A stretch of 64,000 nt of DNA from the NCBI GenBank assembly GCA_000002435.2, contig CM018793.1; one strand, 5' to 3'. The notes beneath the pieces are model-generated. The model was not told the origin of the DNA. It searched no databases and saw only the letters and a program-made list of their open reading frames with translations. The stretch's first letter is position 1; every line of letters begins with the position of its first letter. The DNA comes from Giardia intestinalis (taxonomy: Eukaryota). Shown piece after piece: positions 18,096 through 28,159 of the stretch. The position numbers and the translations under genes were made by a program.

Positions 18096-19361
18096 ATGAC
18101 ATCTCAGCACCTTTCGGACACTTCAGAGTTTAAGCTTTTGCTAGAGGGTTTTAACCAGCTGCATGTGCGATCTGCGTCTTACACCCCCACTCAGAACGGC
18201 TATAGCCCACTTCAGAGACCCATTAGAGAGCATCTCAAGTACGGAGTCATTAATCTCGACAAGACTGCAGGACCCTCATCTCATGAAGTTGTTGCCTGGA
18301 TCCGCCGCATTTTGGAGGTGGAGAAGACAGGCCATTCAGGCACACTCGATCCGGGCGTCACGGGTTGTCTGCTTGTTTGTCTGGACCGGGCCACCAGGCT
18401 GGTGAAGTCCCAACAGCTCATGGGGAAGGAATACGTCTGCGTGCTCCAGTTCAAGGACCTGGCCGCGCTTAAGGACGAGGACGCCCGCAAGGCCTTTTCG
18501 GCCTGCCTGCAGCAGGCTCTTGCGACACTCAGGTGCGCCCAGCTGCAGCTTCCCCCCAAGGAAGGCTGTGCTGTGAAGCGTCAGCTGCGCGTCAGGGAAA
18601 TATATACCTTGGATTTATTAGAGTTCAACTTCAAAACGGGGCAAGCAGTACTGAGGGCGTCATGCCAGGCAGGGACATATATGCGCACCCTTTGCGTTCA
18701 CATAGGGCTTCTCGTGGGTCACGAGGCATACATGCTAGAGCTTCGCCGCGTCAGGTCCGGTGAGCTAACCGAGAAGACCAACATGGTTACGCTGCACGAT
18801 GTCCTGGACAGCTTCTGGTGCTGGAAGAACCTGGGCGACGAAAGCTATCTCCGAAAGGTCGTGATGCCTCTCGAATACTTGCTGAAGTCGTACAAGCGGA
18901 TTTTCGTCAAGGATTCGTCCATCAATGCGCTGACCTATGGGGCTCCACTCCACATCCAGGGCGTCTTGCGCTACGACCCTCGCATCAGCATCGGAGACAC
19001 GGTTGTCCTGGTTTCCACGAAGGGCGAGGCCGTGGCCCTGGGGACGGCAACCATGGGGGCCCAGGACATCATGGGCGTGAGTCGCGGGATCGTAAGCAAA
19101 GTCAAGCGCGTCATCATGGACAGGGACCTCTACGACCGCCAGTGGGGCCTGGGGCCGACCGCCCTTCTGAAGAAGCAGCTTATCAAGAACGGCCAGCTGG
19201 ATAAGTATGGAGGCATCAACAAGGACACACCGAAGGAGTGGGTGGAGAGGTTCCAGAACACGGAGGAGTTTCTAAAAACAGCGGGGAATACCTGCGGAAA
19301 CAGCACCGAGGGTGCGAACACTAAAGATGCAGATGGGCGCCAGCGGGGGCTCAAGAAGTAG
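18096..19361 (+). CDS. CBF5: Dyskerin / Cbf5, H/ACA snoRNP pseudouridine synthase (TruB family plus PUA domain)
   Basis: GVINLDKTAGPSSHEVVAWIRRILEVEKTGHSGTLDPGVTGCLLVC (TruB catalytic Asp motif); PUA domain; lysine-rich C-terminus; AT-rich initiator TAATTAAAAAATG. Confidence 0.93.
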   Translation: MTSQHLSDTSEFKLLLEGFNQLHVRSASYTPTQNGYSPLQRPIREHLKYGVINLDKTAGPSSHEVVAWIRRILEVEKTGHSGTLDPGVTGCLLVCLDRATRLVKSQQLMGKEYVCVLQFKDLAALKDEDARKAFSACLQQALATLRCAQLQLPPKEGCAVKRQLRVREIYTLDLLEFNFKTGQAVLRASCQAGTYMRTLCVHIGLLVGHEAYMLELRRVRSGELTEKTNMVTLHDVLDSFWCWKNLGDESYLRKVVMPLEYLLKSYKRIFVKDSSINALTYGAPLHIQGVLRYDPRISIGDTVVLVSTKGEAVALGTATMGAQDIMGVSRGIVSKVKRVIMDRDLYDRQWGLGPTALLKKQLIKNGQLDKYGGINKDTPKEWVERFQNTEEFLKTAGNTCGNSTEGANTKDADGRQRGLKK

Positions 19362-19437
19362 TCCCTTGGCCAGGCTAACCAAAAAAGTATATTAAATTTA
19401 ATTTCATTTTCCCCACGGTCTAAAAAGGGGCCTCGAG

Positions 19438-19887
19438 ATGCCGACCAGAATCAGGAAGTCACGCAAGCGCCGCGGCCACCGCCAGATGGGTTACGGTAGA
19501 GTCGGCGGACACAGAAAGCACCCCAGCGGCCGAGGGAAGGCCGGCGGTCTGCAGCACAAGCGCACGAGCTTCGACAAGTACCATCCCGGTTACTTCGGGA
19601 AGCTTGGCATGAGGAACTACCATGTCCGTAGGAACATAGAATACAACCCCACAATTAATATCGACAAGATTTGGTCCCTAATTCCTGAGGAGCAGCGCGA
19701 CGGGTTCCTGCAGCGCAAATCGACAACAGAGGCGCCGGTCGTCGACGTGACCCGCTTCGGCTTCTTCAAGGTGCTCGGCCGCGGGTCTCTTCCTCAGTGC
19801 CCGATAATTATCAAGGCGAGGTACTTCAGCTCCGACGCCGAGAAGAAGCTCCGCGAGGTCGGCGGCGTCCCGCTTCTGGTGCCCTAG
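19438..19887 (+). CDS. RPL27A: 60S ribosomal protein L27a (uL15)
   Basis: MPTRIRKSRKRRGH...GRGKAGGLQHKRTSFDKYHPGYFGKLGMR...IIKARYFS; 149 aa. AGTAAAC lies 15 nt after the stop. Confidence 0.93.
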   Translation: MPTRIRKSRKRRGHRQMGYGRVGGHRKHPSGRGKAGGLQHKRTSFDKYHPGYFGKLGMRNYHVRRNIEYNPTINIDKIWSLIPEEQRDGFLQRKSTTEAPVVDVTRFGFFKVLGRGSLPQCPIIIKARYFSSDAEKKLREVGGVPLLVP

Positions 19888-19901
19888 ACACAGCGCCGAG
19901 C

Positions 19902-19908
19902 AGTAAAC
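19902..19908 (+). terminator. Poly(A) signal AGTAAAC downstream of RPL27a
   Basis: Exact AGTRAAY match. Confidence 0.55.
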
Positions 19909-19996
19909 TGGAATTGACCGTGCGCTGATGCACGCCCAGGCCCGAAATCACTCCGTGTTCACTTCGCTTATTCTACTGGCTCCTCTTGCCGTGCAG

Positions 19997-21070
19997 TCAC
20001 TTGAGGTTATCCTGGACCCACTTAACGAAGAGCTTCCTCAGGTCCTCCTCCTTGGCAAGGTACTTCTTGCAAAAGGGCAACTTGAGGAGCTGTGCGGCAG
20101 TCATGCGCTTTGAGGGGTCTTTCTCGAGCATGGCGTTGACAAGGTCGCAGAGCCCCGGGCTGTACCCAGCATCCTCCTTCAACAGAGGGGGGGCTCCGTT
20201 GACGATGACGTTCATAGCATCCCAGAAAGAGTTCACGTTATCGTATGGATAGGAACCCGTCAGAAGCTCGACATATGTCAGCCCCATGCTCCAGACATCT
20301 GAAACGTACGAGTAAGGCTGGTTCTGGATGCGCTCTGGGGACATGTAGGACAACGAACCAACAAACGTCTTCATGGCAGCCTCGTCGTCGTTCGGCAGCA
20401 CGGATGAAGCGACCCCGAAGTCGGCGAGCTTACAGTAGCCGTGCTCGTCGATGAGGATGTTGGCAGACTTTATATCTCTGTGGATGATCTTGCAATTGTC
20501 GTGAAGATACGCCAGGCCGCGGAGTGTATCAATAATGAAAACAGCAAGGGCGTTTTCAGTGAGCTTCCCCGTCTTGAGCTTCTTAAGCATATCCTGAGAA
20601 GACCCGTACTTACAAAACTCTAGCAATATGTGAAGGATGGACCCTGGATGGGAATATATGTTGTACGTCTTGACCATGTACGGGTTGCACGAAAGGCTGA
20701 TGCTGGCCTTGATCTCCCTGTAAATGTTCTTCTGAGTCTGCTCCTCGTCGCTAATGCGGATCTCTTTCATTGCACAGAGCTGCCCGGTGGTCTTGACTTT
20801 TACTAGGTTCACCGTCCCGAAGGCGCCGGCTCCGAGGGGCTTGACGACCTCGAGGTCGCTCTCCTGGACGTTGAGGATATGCTCGGGGCTGCTGGTCTTT
20901 GTGATGCCGTGCGCCGATATTTGAAGAGACTCGTGTAAAGTATTGAGGGACCCCGAGTCGGTTATCTTGATGTACTGCGTGCCGCTGCCTCCTTTCTGGA
21001 CATCCTCCACGCCACCATCTGCGGAGGCGGTCGAGGCATCGAGCGTAAGAGCCATCGGGCGTCGCTTCAT
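19997..21070 (-). CDS. MAP kinase kinase (STE7/MEK family)
   Basis: LGAGAFGTV; AMKEI; HRDIKSANILI; DFGVAS; activation-segment GSLSYMSPERI, typical of MAP2Ks. ATG confirmed. Confidence 0.75.
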   Translation of the reverse strand: MKRRPMALTLDASTASADGGVEDVQKGGSGTQYIKITDSGSLNTLHESLQISAHGITKTSSPEHILNVQESDLEVVKPLGAGAFGTVNLVKVKTTGQLCAMKEIRISDEEQTQKNIYREIKASISLSCNPYMVKTYNIYSHPGSILHILLEFCKYGSSQDMLKKLKTGKLTENALAVFIIDTLRGLAYLHDNCKIIHRDIKSANILIDEHGYCKLADFGVASSVLPNDDEAAMKTFVGSLSYMSPERIQNQPYSYVSDVWSMGLTYVELLTGSYPYDNVNSFWDAMNVIVNGAPPLLKEDAGYSPGLCDLVNAMLEKDPSKRMTAAQLLKLPFCKKYLAKEEDLRKLFVKWVQDNLK

Positions 21071-21177
21071 GGATTTTTAATTTTGTAGGCCACCGGCGAT
21101 AAAGTGCCACGGGGCTTCATTTACATGGAAGAAAACCGGGTTAACGGTCGTGCCCGTAATCCACCAGCGGCGTCAGA

Positions 21178-22075
21178 CTAAAAGTTTGCAAACAGGAAGA
21201 TGCAGATTATGGCTGCAAAGAACCCGCCATGCACAATCCCGAACAGAAGACCCATGATCATAAGGTTCTTCTTTCCAACGTCCAGCTTCTTCAGGTACTT
21301 GATCAGCTGCACCACAAAAAATAACATGGCCCAGGCGCCCACAATTCCGAAGACGCCGCCCGCAATTATAGACCCTAGGTTTTCTGTTGCTGTGCCCTTT
21401 TCCCCGTCAGCAAGCCTGAAAAGGCCCAGCACTACGCAGAGGGGAACTAAAAGCGTGTAGGAGTAGCTATAAAGGCAGGAAATCACTGTGTATCTTAGCT
21501 CTGTAAATCCAATGCACTTGCACACGGCCCAAAAGATGAGCGGCACGAGACCTTGGTAGGCGGCGATCAATCCCGCGAGAGTAATAAAAGGGAGGGATCC
21601 TTGGAGAGATACGTTACCGTTTCCATTGATGTTGAAGACGATATCTATAGTCATTCCCAGAAAAAGAGCAAAGACCAATGTGATGGTGACCCAAATGGGG
21701 TACCAGAGGTCTACCGGCCCGTTGATAGCCTCGTTCAGAAAGTCTCCCTTGAAGATAAGAAGGCTTTGCCACACGCGCTTCATGATGTCGGACGTCTGAC
21801 ACGCAAACAAGGATCGATAAAACTCTATCTTGAAAACCTTCGTACACCCGGTAGGAATGCGGTCTCGTGCATACTGATAGGCCATCTGGCTCGTCATGTC
21901 GACGGTTGCGTTCGCTGCTTGCCTCTTCGTCTCCTCTATGTACGGATTGAAGGAGGGCGGAGGATCACTATTGGGTGAACGCCTGGCTTTCTTGCCCTCT
22001 GCTTTCCTTTCGTCCGGTGGCGGTGCCTGTTCTGTATTGATAGGCTGGGAGAATGGATCAAAGTTGAAGTCTGCC
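21178..22075 (-). CDS. Yip1-domain family multi-pass membrane protein (YIPF/Yif1-like, Golgi trafficking)
   Basis: Cytosolic N-terminus followed by 5 TM helices; DLWYPIW motif resembling the Yip1 DLxGPxW motif. The track start 22089 is GTG; the first ATG (MADFNFDPF) is at 22075. Confidence 0.5.
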
Positions 22076-22251
22076 ATGTTGGATCTCACAAGGCAAAGAG
22101 TTTTTACTCTGTTTTTTGATCTGATCCTTCAATCGTCGTTCGCACTCCAGGGCATCCTTCGTATCATTCCATGGAGACATTCGGGTTTTCTTATCTGCCC
22201 AATCAATGTCCTTTGCCCGGGTCCACCAAAGGTCGTTCAAAAAACTTGTAG

Positions 22252-25200
22252 ATGCTCTCTCTTTCCTTCGATGACTGGGCTACCCACGAGGTCCAGGTCA
22301 ATCCCCTTAATCCGCTTTCCTTACAAGACCCGCCCACCGATCGCACACGGCTGGCCTCTTTGTCTCGGTCTTTGATGTTTGGGCAGGAGCTCACAGACAG
22401 CGCCCTCCCCTCGCTATTCGTTTCCACAGATCTCCCCTTCTCCATGAAAAACACGCGCTTCGTGGCAATCTCAGCTGGCGTGGCTGCATATCTCGTCTGC
22501 GGATCCGAGAGCAATACCTTTATGCTGTATGACATTCAAACCGGTGAACTTGAGCTTGAAATGAACCCTGAGGTAGATGGCTTCCTTCTTGGTGGTATTG
22601 CATATGTAGTGAAGAAGAAAAGTGCTGCGCGAGTGGTCTTCATGGTTGCATATAGTGCTACGGCGCTTTGCTGCTATTACTACAAGGACAAGGTTCTTGA
22701 ACAGCAGAAGATCACTGCCTCCGTGCTTGGACTGAAGAACATTGCCACAGTCACGTGCCTGCCAATGGCGGATGCATCTTCAGAATCGTTGGACACTAGC
22801 AAAGGCACCATCAAAACCCACCAGCAGTTCTCCATTTTAGTCGCGGACACATCTGGAAACGTTGTACGCCTTACCATTTCTACTAAAACTGAGGCGTTCA
22901 AAACCACTATCATCCATGAAGCAGACACAGATGCTTCTTTCTTGCAATTGCACGCGGTAGCGGCTCCTCTTGCCATTGAGGGGCTTGACCTATATAAATC
23001 CAACGGCCCAGACTTCTCTGTTCTCATATTCATCGTTTTCAAAGACAAGGTAGTAATCAAGGCGTGCGGGACTATTCCGCAAACAGTCCTTTCGATGGGC
23101 GTGCTTGCTAGCCAATTCCTCCCTGAGGGGCTCTTGCTTAGTGCGATCACAGGGGTGGAAACGGGATCTACGGGCGGGTTTCAGACAGCATATAACCTCA
23201 GGATTCTTTTCACATCTGAGTCCGAACTGAGCGTTGCTTCGCTAGTGCCGTTTAGCTCGAAACATCAGGTTGCTCCAAGCGAAGTCAACTTTAAGCTGGA
23301 TCATAAGCAGAAGTATAGCCTTTTGGGCCTTCGTTCCGTCTGCTTTTTGGCGTCAGATATAGCAGTCTTCTTCTGCTCCAAAGCTTGGCATGCTGCATTT
23401 TTGATTACACCCATTGATGCTCTCGGCCATGAACCTGCTATCTCACATGTGCAGGAGATCGATTCTCACAGCTTGTCTGGGGATTTCAACATACTAGACA
23501 TTGATACCCCTTTCTTCACCACAGATCCCGTTTATGGGCCGCGCCTGCTTTGCACGCCAACAGCTCCAATTGCTAGTTGGCCTGCCAAAATCTTGACTAC
23601 AAAAACACTTGACTCCCTATGTACTGGGCACGCGGCTTCGCGTTCTCAACATCTCGCCTTACCACTAGTGTATAACTATGCTTACAGAGTTTTTGGTCTT
23701 GGACTACTAAAATCTGATATATTTGCGAATTCCCTCTCTGTCCCGTTTAACCCATTAGAGCTCTCGGCGTGCCTGTACATTCACGAAAGTAACCACAGAT
23801 CAACAGCCTGGACAAAGCATCTCGCCGGCTCCTTACAGGCTGCCCATCTTTCTAAGGATGGGCTCTCGACTGTTGATAAGCTGCTTAACTTAATAGTTAA
23901 GCTCTTCGAAGCACCTTTTCAGAACGATTCCCATGGCTACGTTGTGTCGGTCCATCTCTTGGCCCTTGCAGCTAGTCTCAACGCTCTTTCGGCGTTCTTA
24001 GGGTTGGCACTGAAGACTTTTGGCAGCAGTTATATCTCCGAAGCACCGCCGTACTTTCTTGCTGCCCTTGTCTTCCTAACACTTAACTTTCAGCTCGACC
24101 TTTCAATAGACGATCTTTCCGCGCTTTTGGATGTCCTTAAGACCCAATTGGCCTGCTCTAATACCTCTCACCAATTCACTTGTCCATTGATTCAAGAGCC
24201 CGAGTTCATTCTGCGCAGGGCCTTAGACCCAAACAAAGTCCTCGAAAACATCCAATCCATATGCTTACTGAACTCGTGCAACCGCCAGCAGTATGACGAT
24301 CTGCTGGCTGTGACTACAAATCGGAAACTAGAAGCTGCCCTTTTCTTCCTATATGTGCTTCGCGTCTTCGATGACTCTAAGGAGGGTGGCGAAGGCGTGC
24401 TTCGGTCAGATCCTTGGCCCGACTTTTTCAAAGAGATCAGAAGGCAACAAGATGCTGGCTCGCAGGAGGGTCTCTTTGCATACCATCAATTCCTACGACT
24501 TGTGCTCACTGACTTTACAGATGCAGCTACAACCATACGCACTGCTAATATTTGTCTCCGAACAACGTCGGGCCTTTCTCTACACTTGCCTGTCTACCTT
24601 GCTAACCAGGCCGTTGTCATTGACGCTTCTCGCGCGTCTTCGCTTTCATCCGGCTTTTACAAGACGCTACACAATAAAGTATTTACGGGCAATCCAAACG
24701 AGCTGGTCCTGGAGTGGATTAGCATAAGTTGTCGGGACTTCTGCCTAATCGCACTCTCCTCTGTAGCGGCAAAAGCAGCCGGCCTTGTGCGCAAGTCCAG
24801 CGGTTCCAACTCGAATTATCTCATGGAGTTCAATCACGTTCTTATTACCCTCCAGAATCTAGTCTTCGATACCTCATTTATCGAGAACCTGAAGAGCGTC
24901 GACTCGGTGGACAATCCACGGATCTTTAGGCGGAGCGTCACCACGGGAAGGCTGAACTTTGAGAGCCTGCTGTTGCTCAGTCACGTACTCTTTGATATTT
25001 CCATGATTGTCCTAGACATTATGAGGCACACTTCTCCTGGAACTCCCGTGCAGAACGAGGCGTTGAGGAAGCACGGCATTCTCCCGGAAATTGACAGGAT
25101 TGCTGCTTGCAAAATGTTATCGCGTCTTCCAGAGTGCTGCTGGATATACCTCCTACTTGTTCGCGCCATGGAAACACCAGAGCAACTCGAGGCGTGTCTG

Positions 25201-27201
25201 ACCACCGATACGGCTGACAACATATTCACAAAAGCATTCAGCTGCCAAAGTGCGCGGGAAATGTATGCGGATGCTGCGCTTCTTGTACACTTTCCTATGT
25301 TTTTTCTCCCAAAGTACCTGTCTGTTCGCTCGAGGCGCTTCTCATCCATATACACATTTCTACACTACGTTCCGTGGTATTTTCCGCTAGATCTTGCTAA
25401 GATCTACTGCTGCCTTACTGATCTTACCAGCGGGCATGAGGAATCGATCTCGCCCTTATCTAGATTTGACAGTGTGTCTGCTCAGCCTTTTGTTTCGACT
25501 GCCTCTCTCTTGATTACACCGCAGTATAGCCGACCCTTCCTATGCTCCACTCTCTTATCTGTGCTCCAAGATGGGCCGCTAGCCACTGTCGATGCTTTCG
25601 CGGCATCTGCTCTCACGCTCTTCTTTGCGACACCTCGTGGGCTAAATCTGTCGTTATTGTCGAGCCTGCAGCACCTCTTGCCTATTGATGCCGGTGCGCC
25701 TGTAGATGACTTAGTTTTTACATTAGCAAAAACCATCGACATTATCTTCTCTAACGTACTCCCTGGCATAGATGGCCTGGCTATTAATCCTGTTCAAGAG
25801 TCTTGCCATTTGACTAGGCTGCTTTCTGGAATAGACTACAAGAGTGTCCATGACTTTCTCAGTAACCCGTCGGAATTTGCAGCGACCATGCTTCGGATTT
25901 TCAGACACTCTCCGTACGACCTTTTAAGGGTGTACTTCTATAAACATTTCCCTGCCGCCCAGGCTCTTCCTGACGTGCCAGCAGAGAATAAACTATTAAA
26001 GGAAGCCTACATAAATACAGGAACGCGCTTTCTGTTCTCTATCCTCTTCCCAGATGATCTTCTTGATACTAAGGGCAATTCATCTCAACTAAACGGTCAG
26101 ATTAGGCGTGGCTGTTCGAAGATCTTGGGGACAGATATAGTGGGCCCGGAACTTTTGCTGTTTGGGCTCGACGATGACGGCCACCCCTCGCAGGACTGGA
26201 TTCACTTTACTAAGAAGAACTCCCTGACCCAAGAACAGAGAGGAATTGTTTTTTCCGTTAGTCAGTTTCTAATCATGAACTGCGCTGAGAATTCGTTGGT
26301 GAAGAAAGGCCAACGCGAGGCTTTGACATGGGTCTCTTATATCCTTCCCCTCATGGATGAGTCCATAGCCAAGAGGCTTGTCAGTGATGTCCTTGGTAAA
26401 AGTCCACTTGACGGGGAAGTGCAGTTCTTGCTCTCCTTGCAATTGGCGCAATTTTGCGACTCGGGGTCCATCTCGGTTCATTTTTATCAACGGTTCACAT
26501 ATCTTCTTCAGAACCACGAAGCTAAGCAAGCAGAGTTAGAATCCTTTATAGAAAAGACGCTTTCGCTTTATCTCTCACAACTTACTGGGGCAAACGGCGA
26601 GGTCGTCAAAGAGCTCTTTAAGGCCCTGTCGACTGTACAGGATGAACGCTCGTACTTTGACTATGCGCTAAAGACCCTTGCCACTCTCAGAGAAACGCTC
26701 TATGTAGATGCTGCAGATACTCTGGTTCTGCATCTAATGCAGCTTGGCGATACCTCACGGATATTGCAGCTAATTAAGCTCCTCTCCCGTCAGCTTAACT
26801 CCGATCTTATTACGCAGGATGCTATACTCAGCGCCGGGATTGCCGACCAGTCTCACTCTCTGAACATGCGCATTACCATGCTCAGACAGGGGACAACAAT
26901 TGGAGCGCTCAAATGCTTCATGTGTCAGCAGCCAGTTTACAAGGAGCCTGTCTATCCCAAATCGGTGATTACATCCATAGAGGCAGGAAAGAATGTCCAG
27001 CTCGAAAGGCAGATCTCTCCTTCAGAAGCAAAGACCACGCATGTCTTTTCATGTGGCCATGTATTTCATCATGCGTGCCTCAACGAGACTGAGGAAGGGC
27101 TGCAGAGGCGGGCTGACGTCCTTAACAGGTATCTTCTGGGGGAGATCACCACTTGTGAGTATCCAGCACACTACAAGATCGAATGCCCAGTGTGTAAATG
27201 A
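22252..27201 (+). CDS. Large (1649 aa) protein with C-terminal RING-H2-like zinc finger, of the Vps8/Vps11/Vps18/Vps41 (HOPS/CORVET) architectural type
   Basis: C-terminus CFMCQQPV...FSCGHVFHHACLNE...CPVCK matches the CxxC...FxCGHxFHxxCL...CPxC RING-H2 of class C Vps proteins. Beta-rich N-terminus followed by a long helical region. The family assignment is tentative. Confidence 0.4.
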   Translation: MLSLSFDDWATHEVQVNPLNPLSLQDPPTDRTRLASLSRSLMFGQELTDSALPSLFVSTDLPFSMKNTRFVAISAGVAAYLVCGSESNTFMLYDIQTGELELEMNPEVDGFLLGGIAYVVKKKSAARVVFMVAYSATALCCYYYKDKVLEQQKITASVLGLKNIATVTCLPMADASSESLDTSKGTIKTHQQFSILVADTSGNVVRLTISTKTEAFKTTIIHEADTDASFLQLHAVAAPLAIEGLDLYKSNGPDFSVLIFIVFKDKVVIKACGTIPQTVLSMGVLASQFLPEGLLLSAITGVETGSTGGFQTAYNLRILFTSESELSVASLVPFSSKHQVAPSEVNFKLDHKQKYSLLGLRSVCFLASDIAVFFCSKAWHAAFLITPIDALGHEPAISHVQEIDSHSLSGDFNILDIDTPFFTTDPVYGPRLLCTPTAPIASWPAKILTTKTLDSLCTGHAASRSQHLALPLVYNYAYRVFGLGLLKSDIFANSLSVPFNPLELSACLYIHESNHRSTAWTKHLAGSLQAAHLSKDGLSTVDKLLNLIVKLFEAPFQNDSHGYVVSVHLLALAASLNALSAFLGLALKTFGSSYISEAPPYFLAALVFLTLNFQLDLSIDDLSALLDVLKTQLACSNTSHQFTCPLIQEPEFILRRALDPNKVLENIQSICLLNSCNRQQYDDLLAVTTNRKLEAALFFLYVLRVFDDSKEGGEGVLRSDPWPDFFKEIRRQQDAGSQEGLFAYHQFLRLVLTDFTDAATTIRTANICLRTTSGLSLHLPVYLANQAVVIDASRASSLSSGFYKTLHNKVFTGNPNELVLEWISISCRDFCLIALSSVAAKAAGLVRKSSGSNSNYLMEFNHVLITLQNLVFDTSFIENLKSVDSVDNPRIFRRSVTTGRLNFESLLLLSHVLFDISMIVLDIMRHTSPGTPVQNEALRKHGILPEIDRIAACKMLSRLPECCWIYLLLVRAMETPEQLEACLTTDTADNIFTKAFSCQSAREMYADAALLVHFPMFFLPKYLSVRSRRFSSIYTFLHYVPWYFPLDLAKIYCCLTDLTSGHEESISPLSRFDSVSAQPFVSTASLLITPQYSRPFLCSTLLSVLQDGPLATVDAFAASALTLFFATPRGLNLSLLSSLQHLLPIDAGAPVDDLVFTLAKTIDIIFSNVLPGIDGLAINPVQESCHLTRLLSGIDYKSVHDFLSNPSEFAATMLRIFRHSPYDLLRVYFYKHFPAAQALPDVPAENKLLKEAYINTGTRFLFSILFPDDLLDTKGNSSQLNGQIRRGCSKILGTDIVGPELLLFGLDDDGHPSQDWIHFTKKNSLTQEQRGIVFSVSQFLIMNCAENSLVKKGQREALTWVSYILPLMDESIAKRLVSDVLGKSPLDGEVQFLLSLQLAQFCDSGSISVHFYQRFTYLLQNHEAKQAELESFIEKTLSLYLSQLTGANGEVVKELFKALSTVQDERSYFDYALKTLATLRETLYVDAADTLVLHLMQLGDTSRILQLIKLLSRQLNSDLITQDAILSAGIADQSHSLNMRITMLRQGTTIGALKCFMCQQPVYKEPVYPKSVITSIEAGKNVQLERQISPSEAKTTHVFSCGHVFHHACLNETEEGLQRRADVLNRYLLGEITTCEYPAHYKIECPVCK

Positions 27202-27619
27202 TTAGTACACAATCACTGATCCTGGCGAGAAGCAGCTGCGCACTTGCATTGTTCGCCGTGTTCTGTAGTAAAGCATCGGGGAGATCAGACCGAAGAAAGC
27301 CACAAGCTAGTCTTTACCTCATAATATTGTCGGGCGCATTTCCGGTGGAACCCTTCTCTGCTCCTACCAATTTCTACGTAATAAGAACTGGCCCTGGCTC
27401 GTTTCTAATGCTATCCAATAATGTCTTAAGCTCAAAATATTCTTATCAGCGAGAGCAGAAGAGCACCGTTTTCATAGACTCCAAGCTTCAAAGAGGATAT
27501 GGAAACTGAGGCATCAGTATGGAAGAAGATCCAGGCCTGACCCTAGGGCCATTCTTGGGGCATGAGTAGTGTCTTTGACGTCTAGATTCTCGGACTATCA
27601 CACACGCTTGTAATTCTAA

Positions 27620-28110
27620 AAGACGAGCCTCGACCAGAGATGCCTTACCTGCTCATCATCAAACAAGCCCTCGCCGGACGGGCAGACGTGCGTGTTTTCC
27701 AATACCAAGAAGAGTGGCTCTGGCCTTTTCACTGGGGCCATCGCGGGCACCGCCGCGGCTGCCGTCGGGCTCCTCTGCAGAGGCGAGACGCAGACCTGGG
27801 CGGCAGACACGCGGCCGGACTGGCCCGGGTCTGGCGGACACCGCGCCTCCGGGGGGCTTTTTGAAAAGGCTGGCGATCCGACCGGCGCCCTGCCGCCCGA
27901 GGGTCTGCGCTCCACCCCGGGCCCCGCCCCACGGCGCCCTCTCCCGCGCGGACTGGCGCAGCGCGTCCCCGGAGGAGGGCATCTCGGCGTGTGCAGGCAG
28001 ACTCGGCCTTGTGGCGGATCGATTTGATCCCGCTATACGCGGCGTCTGAGGACGGCTCAGCGGCGGTCCGCTCTTGTGCGCAAGCGACTGCCCCATGGAT
28101 TGCCCTTCTT
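27620..28110. other. GC-rich (~70%) block, stop-free in all six frames, inside a ~950-bp intergenic region; candidate structured ncRNA or GC island
   Basis: Six mutually overlapping 'ORFs' on both strands (27616..28220) with no protein motif. Composition differs sharply from the ~50% GC surroundings. Confidence 0.35.
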
Positions 28111-28159
28111 ATGTTTGCAACATACTGGCACATGACTGGCCCGGCCTTAAAATCACCGC

